A DNA stretch of 20,000 bases from an uncultured virus (IMG/VR IMGVR_UViG_3300046616_000384) (IMGVR_UViG_3300046616_000384); one strand, 5' to 3'. Counted from the stretch's first letter, positions 1 through 7,932 are shown. Notes: generated by a model not told the origin, from the letters alone. Translations and numbers: made by a program.

Positions 1-390
1 GTGGACGTGGGCGGGTATGACAGCCAGGAGATGCGCACGGCCGCCACGGCGGCCGATCTGCTGGTGGTGCCCATGACCCCGTCCCCGGTCGATCTGGACC
101 CGCTGGCGCCCTTCATGACCCTGCTGGAGGCGTTCCGGGACTTCAACCCGGGGCTGGTGGCCCGGGGCCTGATGACGCAGGTGCCCACCCAGTCGATGTC
201 CAAGAGGCTCGGCGATGCCAAGGCCATCCTGGCCGACTATCCCGATCTACCGCTGTTCGATACGGTGATGCACCGCCGCAATGCCTACATCGACGTCATG
301 CCGGTGGGCAGGGGAGTGGTGGAGTGGACCGACTACAAGGCCAAGGCTGAGCTTCAGCTGATCGTCCAGGAGATGATGACCCATGGCTAG
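1..390 (+). CDS. parA: ParA-family partition ATPase, short type Ib/ParF-like (5'-truncated by window edge)
   Basis: Walker B-like 'VDVGGYDS', then 'AADLLVVPMTPSPVDL', and C-terminal 'R.AY....GRGVVE....KAKAEL', typical of short ParA proteins. Walker A lies outside the window. Confidence 0.9.
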   Translation: MDVGGYDSQEMRTAATAADLLVVPMTPSPVDLDPLAPFMTLLEAFRDFNPGLVARGLMTQVPTQSMSKRLGDAKAILADYPDLPLFDTVMHRRNAYIDVMPVGRGVVEWTDYKAKAELQLIVQEMMTHG

Positions 391-643
391 GACAACGCCG
401 AACCGCAGGGTGGCGGGCACGGCACTGGATAGGGAGATCGAGGAGTTCGCCAGGCAGGCGGCCACGGCACCGCTGGTGATCGAGCCGAGGAAGGAGGCGG
501 CGTCGGTGGGGTTCAACTTCAAGATGACGCCGACCAACCATGCCCGGCTTAAGCGGGTGGCGGAGGCGGAGGACCGCAGCCTGCAGAACCTGTTGAACAC
601 GATTGTGTGGCCCGCGATTGCGGAGAAGGAAGGGGAGATCTGA
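383..643 (+). CDS. Ribbon-helix-helix partition partner (ParG-like centromere-binding protein)
   Basis: Overlaps the parA stop and has an AGGAG RBS upstream. Flexible N-terminal tail, then 'VGFNFKMTPTNHARLKRVAEAEDRSLQNLL' strand-helix-helix pattern. Confidence 0.75.
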   Translation: MARTTPNRRVAGTALDREIEEFARQAATAPLVIEPRKEAASVGFNFKMTPTNHARLKRVAEAEDRSLQNLLNTIVWPAIAEKEGEI

Positions 644-969
644 TGGCCGTGAAGGTGGTCCGGCTGAGGAACAATGCGGCGGACCGGCCCCGTCCGCCGA
701 AGCACAAGTGCATCGAGTGCGGGGCGGAGAACGTGCACCTGTGGACGCTGGACAGCGGACGGCGTGCGGCGGCGATGTACCTGTGCCCCCTGCATGAGGC
801 GAAGCTGGAGACCCTGCTCGATGCCGCCGGCAATGAGCCGCCGTCCCGGCAGAAGCCGTTGCGCAATGACCCGCCGCCGGTGGAGCCGCCGTCCCGTGTG
901 GTGCGGCGCCGTTCGATGCGTCCGCTGGAGTGGACCCCGCCGGAGTTCCCGGAAGAGATGGGCGGCTAA
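643..969 (+). CDS. Zn-binding hypothetical protein, possibly Lsr2 N-terminal-like
   Basis: TGATG coupling at 641-645. CxxC...LCxxH followed by helix 'EAKLETLLDAA' and a Pro/Arg-rich tail. Confidence 0.55.
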   Translation: MAVKVVRLRNNAADRPRPPKHKCIECGAENVHLWTLDSGRRAAAMYLCPLHEAKLETLLDAAGNEPPSRQKPLRNDPPPVEPPSRVVRRRSMRPLEWTPPEFPEEMGG

Positions 970-978
970 GGGAAGGAA

Positions 979-1188
979 ATGGAAGCCATGGGAGAGAACG
1001 AAGTCAAGTGCCCGCGATGCCCGGTCTGTGACTCGGAGCCGGCGATGGGCATCCATCCGATGCTGGCCCAAGCGTGGTGCTGGAATGACGACTGCCAGGT
1101 CCTGTGCTGGGATCCCTGGGTGAGTCTGGACGAGAACATGCTCGACATGAGCCCGGCCATCGTGACGGAGAACGAGCCGCCGGACTAG
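979..1188 (+). CDS. Small Cys-rich hypothetical protein
   Basis: AAGGA RBS. CxxCxxC...WCxxxxC motif. Its stop overlaps the convergent gene's stop at CTAG (1185-1188). Confidence 0.6.
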   Translation: MEAMGENEVKCPRCPVCDSEPAMGIHPMLAQAWCWNDDCQVLCWDPWVSLDENMLDMSPAIVTENEPPD

Positions 1189-1907
1189 AGCAGGAGGTGG
1201 TCCGTCCGGGCCCCGTCGGGCCCGGCGTAGGACTCCCGCTGGAGCACGCCGATGACGCCGCGGAAGTGGGGACCGGCGGCCAGGGCCAGGACGTGGTCCT
1301 TGGTGGTTGCCGCCAGATCGACGGCACGGGCCTCCAGGCCCTTGAGATTGATGACCCGCTTGAGGGCGTCAAAATTCAGCAGTGCAGGGCCGCTGAGGGG
1401 TGCCCCTGCCCCGACCAGGAAGTCGTCGACCATGTCGAAGTGGTCGTTGAACTTCCCCTCGGGGTCGGAGTCGGCCAGCTCGGCCAGCGGGGCCTCCTCG
1501 TCCTTCCAGATCGAGAGGTTCACCGTGGTGACCCGGGGCTCGTCCTCGTCGTCGAAGTCCACGACGTCGAAGCCCTCCTCACTCATGCGCACGCCCACCC
1601 GGGTGGCCTTGGCCCGGCCGAAGCCGCGCAGTGCCGACTGGATCTCGTGGGCCCTGTCCCGGTGGATCGCCACGGAGACATAGCCGTCCGGTGCCTGGGT
1701 TTCGAGGATGATGGTGGTTTTCCCCGCGACTATGCGTGACACGCCGCAGACGACCACCGCACCGAAGGTGTTGGATGCGTCGGGCTGGTAGCTGATGAGC
1801 ACATGGGGACAGCCGGGCCGGCCGCCGGCGTCTGCTGACAGCTCGACAGCGTTGTAGAGGGCATCGGCCAGTTCCACGGGTCTGATCCCGAATGACAAAT
1901 CACTCAA
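1185..1907 (-). CDS. Putative DNA sliding clamp (beta-clamp-like) protein
   Basis: TTG start overlapping the upstream stop, about 240 aa. 'ELADALYNAVELSA...P...HVLI' N-terminus and 'LNFDALKRV...GPHFRGVIGVLQR' C-terminus resemble phage beta-clamp-like proteins, by pattern only. Confidence 0.5.
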   Translation of the reverse strand: MSDLSFGIRPVELADALYNAVELSADAGGRPGCPHVLISYQPDASNTFGAVVVCGVSRIVAGKTTIILETQAPDGYVSVAIHRDRAHEIQSALRGFGRAKATRVGVRMSEEGFDVVDFDDEDEPRVTTVNLSIWKDEEAPLAELADSDPEGKFNDHFDMVDDFLVGAGAPLSGPALLNFDALKRVINLKGLEARAVDLAATTKDHVLALAAGPHFRGVIGVLQRESYAGPDGARTDHLLL

Positions 1908-2235
1908 TGCCGGCCTGCCGCAGGACAAAGGCAACGGTGTACCGGGCGGATTCCTTGTCCCCGGGGTGCACCTCGTCCCAGTCCATTGGTAACAGGTCCC
2001 CGTCCACACCCGAGTCCTGGAAGTACGCCTTGGTGATGCGCTCCACCTTCTCCTCAAATGTCTCCGCCGGCTCCAGATCCTCCGGCATACCCAGCGCCCG
2101 CAGGATGGCATCGTCCTCGGTGTTGTAGCCAACCGAAAAGTTGCCCAGGAGCTGGCCCAGCCGCAGGTCAGGGTACAGCGACCAGTACCGGCCCACTGCC
2201 GCCAGGACTTTAGGGATGCGCTTGGGGTCTCTCAT
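1900..2235 (-). CDS. Conserved phage hypothetical protein (MRDPxRI...W...PDLRLGQL family)
   Basis: Recognisable 'MRDPKRIPKVL...YW..YPDLRLGQLL' motif. Coupled to the upstream gene. Confidence 0.75.
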   Translation of the reverse strand: MRDPKRIPKVLAAVGRYWSLYPDLRLGQLLGNFSVGYNTEDDAILRALGMPEDLEPAETFEEKVERITKAYFQDSGVDGDLLPMDWDEVHPGDKESARYTVAFVLRQAGIE

Positions 2236-2426
2236 CAGATTTCCGTTTCTACTTCAGCGCCGGCGGCAATCAGCGCCGGCAGGTACTCATGGGTATGGTG
2301 CCCGCAGAACAGCAGCGGGCCGGCGACCAGCAGGGCCAGGGTCCTGGCCTGGGCCCCGCACCGGTCGCACCGGTCCTTGGCCGTGAACAGCGCCGGGAGT
2401 GTGTGCTCGGTGGTTGCCTCGGTCAT
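2235..2426 (-). CDS. Small actinobacterial Zn-finger protein (DRCDRCGAQA...LLFCGHH family)
   Basis: Motif closely matches a small protein conserved in actinobacterial chromosomes. ATGA overlap with the upstream gene. Confidence 0.75.
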   Translation of the reverse strand: MTEATTEHTLPALFTAKDRCDRCGAQARTLALLVAGPLLFCGHHTHEYLPALIAAGAEVETEI

Positions 2427-2632
2427 GGGTTCCCCCCGTTGTTGATCTTTCTGATGGTGGCTTCGAGGTTGCGCCGCCACCGGCTCCCGCCGGGGGTGGC
2501 CGGCACGACGACCATCGCCCCGGAGGTGTGCCGCAGCTTCCAGTGCCCCCGGCCGTTCAAGCCGGCCTCGGTGAAGCCGCGCTCGATGGCGTACTTGATG
2601 AGTTCGCCGACGTCCTTGCGGTATCTACTCAC
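2423..2632 (-). CDS. HicA-like (dsRBD-fold) toxin/RNase
   Basis: 69 aa. 'LIKYAIERGF...GRGHWKLRH..G..VVVPATP....RRNL...IR' matches HicA-like proteins of actinophages. Confidence 0.7.
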   Translation of the reverse strand: MSRYRKDVGELIKYAIERGFTEAGLNGRGHWKLRHTSGAMVVVPATPGGSRWRRNLEATIRKINNGGNP

Positions 2633-2837
2633 GGCCCTTTTCCTTCTCGTCCAGCCTGGCGGCCACGTACCGGTCCAGCCAGCGGCTCCGTTCCCGGTGC
2701 CGGCGGATGGATTCCTCCATGTCCAGCCCGATCATGGTGCCGAAGTCGGCCATCGAGCCCTCCAGTGCGTCGGCCAGCCTGGTCTCGTCGGTGGCCCAGT
2801 GCAGTAGATCATTGAGGGTCATTTCAGTCTCGGCCAT
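2625..2837 (-). CDS. Hypothetical protein
   Basis: AAGGAG RBS, overlaps the next gene, phage-like codon usage. Confidence 0.65.
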   Translation of the reverse strand: MAETEMTLNDLLHWATDETRLADALEGSMADFGTMIGLDMEESIRRHRERSRWLDRYVAARLDEKEKGRE

Positions 2838-2841
2838 TGTC

Positions 2842-3309
2842 TTACTCCTTTCTTCTGTTCTTGGTGCGGTTGCCGTTCCACCGTCCATCGACGGGGAACA
2901 GATTGTCCCTTGCGACCTGGCACGCTTCGGCCAGTTCCTCGGGGGTCCAGTTGAACGGGTCCTTTTCCAGCTTGGGCAGGTAGAGGACCCGTTCGGTGCG
3001 GGCCAGGGCGGCCTGCAGGGGCTCGCCCTCCGGGTGCGGGTTCTGTGCGTAGACCCGGACGCGGTTGTCCTGGTGCTTGTCCCGTTCGGCGAACCGGTAG
3101 CCCAGCCGCCTGATGACGTCGGCGGAGATGCCCATGCCGTTCTCGAACACCAGCGCCCACCGCCCCGGGTGGGCCTCCAGCCAGTCCGCCACGCTCTGCC
3201 CGCCGGCCCGCTTGGCCGCCACTGACCCCTCCATCCCGGGTGCGGGTGTCAGGTAGGGGTTGACCAGGTCAGCCACCCGCCCGACGTACGGGGAGGTTCC
3301 GGCGTCCAT
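2842..3309 (-). CDS. Hypothetical protein
   Basis: TGATG coupling, 155 aa, packed in the operon. Confidence 0.65.
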   Translation of the reverse strand: MDAGTSPYVGRVADLVNPYLTPAPGMEGSVAAKRAGGQSVADWLEAHPGRWALVFENGMGISADVIRRLGYRFAERDKHQDNRVRVYAQNPHPEGEPLQAALARTERVLYLPKLEKDPFNWTPEELAEACQVARDNLFPVDGRWNGNRTKNRRKE

Positions 3310-3749
3310 CAGGCCCAGGCGCCGGGGTCGAAGTTCTCGCCGAAGTCCAGACTTTCAATGAACTTCCGGCACTGCTCCTCGGCCTCGGCCAGGGTGGCCT
3401 GGTAGTGCGTGCCGACCTCGTTGGAGTGGTCGATGTCCGAGTCGTAGACGGTGGTGCCGTCCTCGGCCATCCGCTCCCGGTCCCACAGGAACACGGCCAC
3501 CTCCACCGGCTGGACGAACTCGTCCGTCCTGATGGTGTCAAAGCGTGTGACCTGGCCGATCAGGGTGATCGAACCGTCCGCGTTCTTCCGCGCACGGATA
3601 CCGGTCACGAAGGCAATGGCCGTGACCTGCACCGTCGTGTCGCCGTCCTCCCAGGTGGCCGAGCGGTAGAACTCGCGGCCGAGGGAGGTGTTGCGTGACA
3701 CGGTGGGCTGGCGTACCAGCACCGTCCGGTCTTGGGCCGTGATCTGCAC
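3309..3749 (-). CDS. Hypothetical protein
   Basis: GTG start with purine-rich RBS, downstream of a predicted promoter. Confidence 0.65.
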   Translation of the reverse strand: MQITAQDRTVLVRQPTVSRNTSLGREFYRSATWEDGDTTVQVTAIAFVTGIRARKNADGSITLIGQVTRFDTIRTDEFVQPVEVAVFLWDRERMAEDGTTVYDSDIDHSNEVGTHYQATLAEAEEQCRKFIESLDFGENFDPGAWA

Positions 3750-3785
3750 TCCATTGTCCTTCCTTAGATCCCAAACTGCCCCTTC

Positions 3786-3813
3786 AGTATAGGGTGGATC
3801 CGCGGGAGCGCAA
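3786..3813 (-). promoter_or_regulatory. SigA-type promoter TTGCGC-N16-TATACT
   Basis: Near-consensus -10 and plausible -35 in the intergenic gap 3750-3821. Confidence 0.55.
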
Positions 3814-3821
3814 GGTGTGTG

Positions 3822-4247
3822 TCACATGTGGAACAGCCGGGTGGCCAGCAGCAGGCCGGTGTCGTTGAACCGTTCCGCCAGGGCCTCGGCCACCGCCACC
3901 CGTTCCGGTGAGGGTGCCCGCCAGGGCGCGTCCATGAAATCGAGTCCCCGCGCATCCTGCAGGGCCGCCTCGTGCAGGACCATCAGCGCCCGCAGGGCCA
4001 CCCGGGGGCCGAGGATGAACTCCAGCTCCTCCGGTGCCTTGCCCTCGCCGCCGACTCTGACCACCGACGGGGACACCGCCGGCTCCCCGTCAGGTTCAAT
4101 CTCAACCTGGGCCAGGATGGGGGTGTCCCAGTCATCGCTGTCCGGGTCCGCCGTGACGGCAAAGACCGTCAGCAGCAGGTTGTCCTCGTCCTTCTGCAAC
4201 ATCAGCTCGTAGGTGCCCGTGGCCCATGTGCTTGTCATGTTCTGCAT
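3822..4247 (-). CDS. Acidic hypothetical protein
   Basis: AAAGGAG RBS before ATG at 4247. Confidence 0.65.
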   Translation of the reverse strand: MQNMTSTWATGTYELMLQKDEDNLLLTVFAVTADPDSDDWDTPILAQVEIEPDGEPAVSPSVVRVGGEGKAPEELEFILGPRVALRALMVLHEAALQDARGLDFMDAPWRAPSPERVAVAEALAERFNDTGLLLATRLFHM

Positions 4248-4267
4248 TCTCGTCTCCTTTCTCGGGC

Positions 4268-4300
4268 AAAACAAAAGGCGGCCGGCATCCGGCCACCTTG
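4268..4300 (-). terminator. Intrinsic terminator-like hairpin
   Basis: Minus strand AAGGTGGCCGG-ATG-CCGGCCGCCTT followed by TTGTTTT. Confidence 0.6.
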
Positions 4301-4387
4301 TGGTGGTGTGGTACTGGTGTCGTACCACTCTGGTACAACCCCCGACGGGGGAGGGGGGCACCCCGCCGGGAGATTCTTCAGTGATGC

Positions 4388-4612
4388 TCATTCTTGCGAG
4401 TCGATGGCTGTGTCCAGCATCCACCGGGCCTCGTGAAAAGCACCCCGCCCGGCGAACGTGGTGGAGTCCACTTCTTCACCCCGGGCGTTGGTGACGACCA
4501 CCCGGGCGCGGTCCCCGTCCACCGTAAGGGACGCCGTGTAGCCGTCCTTGCTCAGGACCCACACCCCGTGCGAAGTGTTGCGGAACTCCGTTGACTCGGG
4601 CCTAGTGCTCAT
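4388..4612 (-). CDS. Hypothetical protein
   Basis: GGAGG RBS, overlaps the upstream gene end. Alternative start at 4618. Confidence 0.6.
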   Translation of the reverse strand: MSTRPESTEFRNTSHGVWVLSKDGYTASLTVDGDRARVVVTNARGEEVDSTTFAGRGAFHEARWMLDTAIDSQE

Positions 4613-4985
4613 GCCCATGCGCCTCCGGGGTGTCGAACGGGGTGATGCCGCCGTGGTCCTTGGCCCAGTCGGTGATCTTGATCCCCTTCTCGTGGACCTG
4701 CTCCAGGTCCCCGGTGCCGTCGGCCTTGTCCGGGCCTCGCCGGCTGATGACGATGCCCTCCTCGTCCACATGGAGGTGGTTGTGCTCACCGTCCCAGTAG
4801 TCGGTGTGGTTGTGGGTACCGTCGGACTCGAAGTCGACGTTCATGCCGAACGCGCCGCCGTACTCGACACTGAAGCCGTCCAGTTCGGTGACGCCGGCCT
4901 TGACCATGTCGGCGATCTGGTGCAGCTGCTTGGCCGCCCGCTTGGAGTTCAGCTCCGTGCCGGCGATGTTGATGAATATTTCCAT
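4602..4985 (-). CDS. Acidic His-rich hypothetical protein
   Basis: GAGGAG RBS. Internal repeat DGTHNH/DGEHNH and C-terminal HGHEH. Confidence 0.7.
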   Translation of the reverse strand: MEIFINIAGTELNSKRAAKQLHQIADMVKAGVTELDGFSVEYGGAFGMNVDFESDGTHNHTDYWDGEHNHLHVDEEGIVISRRGPDKADGTGDLEQVHEKGIKITDWAKDHGGITPFDTPEAHGHEH

Positions 4986-4996
4986 GTGCTTCTCCT

Positions 4997-5218
4997 CTAG
5001 CTCTGGTACTTCATTGGAATGGACACGGTCTCGCCCGGCTTGGACCAGACCTTGGTGACCGTGAACGACTGGACGTTGTCCAGGTCGTCGAGCAGCAGTG
5101 CGACCTCGGTGTCGAGGTCCCGCAGTCCGTCCATCCCGAATTCCTTGGTGCTGATGGACTGGTCGCTGAACACGACGAGAAGGACGTAGCCCTTCAGTAT
5201 TGCCGTGTATTCACCCAT
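4997..5218 (-). CDS. Hypothetical protein
   Basis: TAATG coupling with GGAGGAG RBS. Confidence 0.65.
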   Translation of the reverse strand: MGEYTAILKGYVLLVVFSDQSISTKEFGMDGLRDLDTEVALLLDDLDNVQSFTVTKVWSKPGETVSIPMKYQS

Positions 5219-5439
5219 TACTTCTCCTCCTTTTCTGTTGGTGGTTTGTCGGGCAGGTCTGCCCGCAGCTCGTTGGCCATGCGTTTGTACTTGCCGCCCA
5301 GTGACCAGAGCTTGTTGGCGTCCTCGTACTCGCCGAGGCCCGAGACCATGTCGCCCATCCTGCTCATCAGGTGGGACAGTTCGCGGATCCTGCGGTACCG
5401 TGCCAGGTTGAAGTCGGGGACGTGCCCCTTCCCGGTCAT
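5218..5439 (-). CDS. Hypothetical protein
   Basis: ATGA overlap, GAGGAG RBS. Confidence 0.65.
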   Translation of the reverse strand: MTGKGHVPDFNLARYRRIRELSHLMSRMGDMVSGLGEYEDANKLWSLGGKYKRMANELRADLPDKPPTEKEEK

Positions 5440-5642
5440 GACGGGTTCTCCTCCTCGATCATCTTGATGAGGGTGAAGTGGGGGAGCAGGAAGATGCCGT
5501 CCACGAACGTGTCCTCCCCGTCCTCCACCGCTGACATGTCGTGCCAGCCGTCCATGCCCCGGGCCCAGGTGGTGCCCCGGGAGTCGGTGTAGCGCCGCTC
5601 CTCGAAGGCCCGCTTCACGGCCGGGTTGCTGTTCAGGCTCAC
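5436..5642 (-). CDS. Hypothetical protein
   Basis: GTGA overlap with the upstream stop. Confidence 0.55.
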   Translation of the reverse strand: MSLNSNPAVKRAFEERRYTDSRGTTWARGMDGWHDMSAVEDGEDTFVDGIFLLPHFTLIKMIEEENPS

Positions 5643-5896
5643 TGCCCCGACGCCTTCCGGTCCCCGATGAGCACCTGGACGCTGTCCCACAGGGAGGCAA
5701 CGGCCGCCTCCTGCTTCGCCAGCTCGTCCCGGGCGTCGGCCAGCAGGACGCCCGCCACCGGATCGTCGTTGGTGCGGACCATCTTCGTGTAGCCACTGAT
5801 CTGGTTCTTCGCCCGGAGTTCCTCGTTGGAGGCGTCCGTGATGGCGTCCAGTATGAGTTTCACCGCCGCGGCATGTTTCTTGTTCTCTGCTTCCAT
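5639..5896 (-). CDS. Hypothetical helical protein
   Basis: AGGGAG RBS before ATG at 5896. Confidence 0.65.
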   Translation of the reverse strand: MEAENKKHAAAVKLILDAITDASNEELRAKNQISGYTKMVRTNDDPVAGVLLADARDELAKQEAAVASLWDSVQVLIGDRKASGQ

Positions 5897-5910
5897 TACT
5901 GCTCCCTTTC

Positions 5911-6642
5911 TTAGATGTGGACGTCGACGAGCACGATCCAGTCGTGCGGGTCGACCTTGTCGACGAGTGCGTTGAGTTCGTACTCCCACTCGCCGTCGGC
6001 CTTCTCGTTGCTGGCCATTCCGAACCAGCCCATCCGGCCCTGCTCGTGCCACTCGCCGTCCTTGCCGAGGAAGGCGAACGTGGATTCGCGCTTCATCAGG
6101 TCCTCCTTGCGGACGACATCGACGCCGCCGGCGAGTTCATCCCACGCCGGGTCGGTCCAGGTGGGGCTGTGCACCACGGCCTCGTGGTGGATGGTCTCGG
6201 TGGCGTTCAGCACCGAGCCGGACCAGCGCCCGCCGATGGCGTACCAGTCCCACTTGGAGTCCGGGTTGTAGGTGGAGAGCAGGTTGCCCTCGCTGTCCAG
6301 CCGACCCTCGTCGTACTCGGTGGCCTCGGCGTACAAGGCATCATCGTCCCAGAGGATGGCCAGTTTCTTCGGGAACTCCTCGGCCAGGTACTTGACGTGG
6401 CGGGGGTTGCTGGCCGCCGCGGCGTAGGCCACCGGGTCGGCCAGGTAGTCGGCGTAGTTCCCGTCGCGGATGGTAATGATCTCGGCGCGCTTGTTCTCGA
6501 TCAGCTGGGCCCGGGTCCAGCGGATGTACTCCGGCGTTTCCTTGTTCTCATCGAACGGCTCCAGCGCCTCGGCCAGCGCGTCCTCGATGGATGATTCGTC
6601 AATGGACCCGTCGAGTACGACGAGCACCGTGGAGTGCGACAT
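5911..6642 (-). CDS. Conserved phage hypothetical protein (STYNPxSKWDWY.IGGRW family)
   Basis: Recognisable motifs MSH..VLV, L.PFDEN, NPDSKWDWYAIGGRWSG, DGEWHE.G.MGWFG and terminal VDVHI. Confidence 0.8.
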   Translation of the reverse strand: MSHSTVLVVLDGSIDESSIEDALAEALEPFDENKETPEYIRWTRAQLIENKRAEIITIRDGNYADYLADPVAYAAAASNPRHVKYLAEEFPKKLAILWDDDALYAEATEYDEGRLDSEGNLLSTYNPDSKWDWYAIGGRWSGSVLNATETIHHEAVVHSPTWTDPAWDELAGGVDVVRKEDLMKRESTFAFLGKDGEWHEQGRMGWFGMASNEKADGEWEYELNALVDKVDPHDWIVLVDVHI

Positions 6643-6644
6643 GG

Positions 6645-6890
6645 CTACGCCTCCTTCCCTAGTATTGCCCTGATGCGGACCACCTGTTTGGTGTCCGCCT
6701 CATCGAGGGTACCCCGTTCCAGGATGTCCCCGAGTAGTTCGCAACACAGCCACGCCTCGGTGGGGGATACCCACCCGGCCTCCCGTGCCGTCTCCGCCGC
6801 CTTGCCGTCGTGGGGGTCGGTGATGCCGGCCTTGGCCAGGCCCTCCACCAGCTCCCCTCCGTCCGTGGCGATTGCTTTCATGTAACCCAT
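6645..6890 (-). CDS. Hypothetical protein
   Basis: GAGAGGA RBS before MGYMK. Alternative start at 6908. Confidence 0.6.
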   Translation of the reverse strand: MGYMKAIATDGGELVEGLAKAGITDPHDGKAAETAREAGWVSPTEAWLCCELLGDILERGTLDEADTKQVVRIRAILGKEA

Positions 6891-6935
6891 AGCGTTCCTC
6901 TCTTTCATTGTTTGTCTCCCTTGTTCCGGGTATAG

Positions 6936-6968
6936 AAAAGGTGACGGCCCCACCTCGGGGCCGCCACC
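6936..6968 (-). terminator. Intrinsic terminator downstream of the secreted-protein cassette
   Basis: GGTGGCGGCCCC-GAGGT-GGGGCCGTCACC followed by TTTT on the minus strand. Confidence 0.7.
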
Positions 6969-6989
6969 TCTGAGTGTCGTAGGTCGGTG

Positions 6990-7160
6990 TTACTTGGCCA
7001 CCCTGTTCCTGACGGCCAGCTCTGCGAGCATCACGGCAAGCACCACGGCGCCGTATGCGGCCATCGCCAGGCCCCCGATGCTGTTGGTCACCACCAGCAC
7101 CAGCAGGAGGCCCATGAGGGCTATCCAGAGGCCGCGCAGAGCGGTTACTGCGGACTGCAT
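6990..7160 (-). CDS. Small two-helix membrane protein (candidate immunity protein)
   Basis: 56 aa, two hydrophobic stretches and a basic tail (RNRVAK). Start overlaps the end of the upstream secreted-protein gene. Confidence 0.65.
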   Translation of the reverse strand: MQSAVTALRGLWIALMGLLLVLVVTNSIGGLAMAAYGAVVLAVMLAELAVRNRVAK

Positions 7161-7546
7161 GTAATCACCATCCCGTTGAAGTTCGATTGATAGAAGGTCA
7201 CGCCCGTGCCGTGGCTTGCGCACTCGGCCAGTACCGAGTTGCCGGTGTTCCACGCCAGGGCGTAGACGGAGGCGGGAAACGCCGCCGGCACCCGGGCCGC
7301 CAGCAGGGCCACATAGTTGGCGTAGTTCCCGGCCAGGTTCCTGGCCGCCACCAGCTGGTTCGCCGTGCAGGAGTCCACGTCATACTCGGTCATTGGATTG
7401 AACAGGTTCCACGTGTTGCGCCAGCCGATGCTGCCGTAGCACGCCGGCGGGGCCGGGTCGGGCGGGAACGTGTCGAGGTCCGCCGGGGCGGGTGCTGTTG
7501 TCATGAGTGCCGCCGCCAGTGCGGCCACTGCCATAGTGTGCATCAT
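7145..7546 (-). CDS. Secreted four-Cys protein (bacteriocin-like or exclusion candidate)
   Basis: Hydrophobic signal peptide 'MAVAALAAALMTTAPAPA', Pro-rich linker, four Cys, Ala-rich hydrophobic core, terminal CSPQ. Confidence 0.65.
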   Translation of the reverse strand: MMHTMAVAALAAALMTTAPAPADLDTFPPDPAPPACYGSIGWRNTWNLFNPMTEYDVDSCTANQLVAARNLAGNYANYVALLAARVPAAFPASVYALAWNTGNSVLAECASHGTGVTFYQSNFNGMVITCSPQ

Positions 7547-7552
7547 GGCCAC

Positions 7553-7582
7553 ATGCTAGACCCGCCGGGTACCCCCTGTGAA
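7553..7582 (-). promoter_or_regulatory. Promoter TTCACA-N18-TAGCAT, probably giving a leaderless mRNA
   Basis: The -10 ends 6 nt before ATG 7546 and there is no RBS. Inverted repeat GTAGGT-N6-ACCTAC lies upstream at 7602-7619. Confidence 0.5.
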
Positions 7583-7626
7583 GGTCCTCCCGAAGATCCA
7601 AGTAGGTAATTTCACCTACCTCAGCG

Positions 7627-7932
7627 TCACCTGGAGTGCTGGATGCTGACGTCCAGCAGCTGGGCGGTGCCGTCCGGGTCGGAGTGGATCAGCTTGCCCT
7701 CCACCCAGAGGCGGACATCCATGCTGTCCATCCGGGGCCGGGGAAGGGTGACCTTCCACCGCTTCACGGTCCCGGCAGAGTGGGCTTTGATGTAGTCCAC
7801 CATCAGCCGGTAGTCCTCGCTGGACGCCTCGGCTGTCAGGTACCAGTCCACCTGGTCGAGCATGGCGTCCTCGAACCTGGTCTGCAGTGCCCAGACCGTA
7901 TCCCCGGGCACCTGGTCGTTATGCAGTTCCAT
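7627..7932 (-). CDS. Hypothetical protein
   Basis: GGAGGACGAGG RBS, overlaps the upstream gene. Confidence 0.65.
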   Translation of the reverse strand: MELHNDQVPGDTVWALQTRFEDAMLDQVDWYLTAEASSEDYRLMVDYIKAHSAGTVKRWKVTLPRPRMDSMDVRLWVEGKLIHSDPDGTAQLLDVSIQHSR

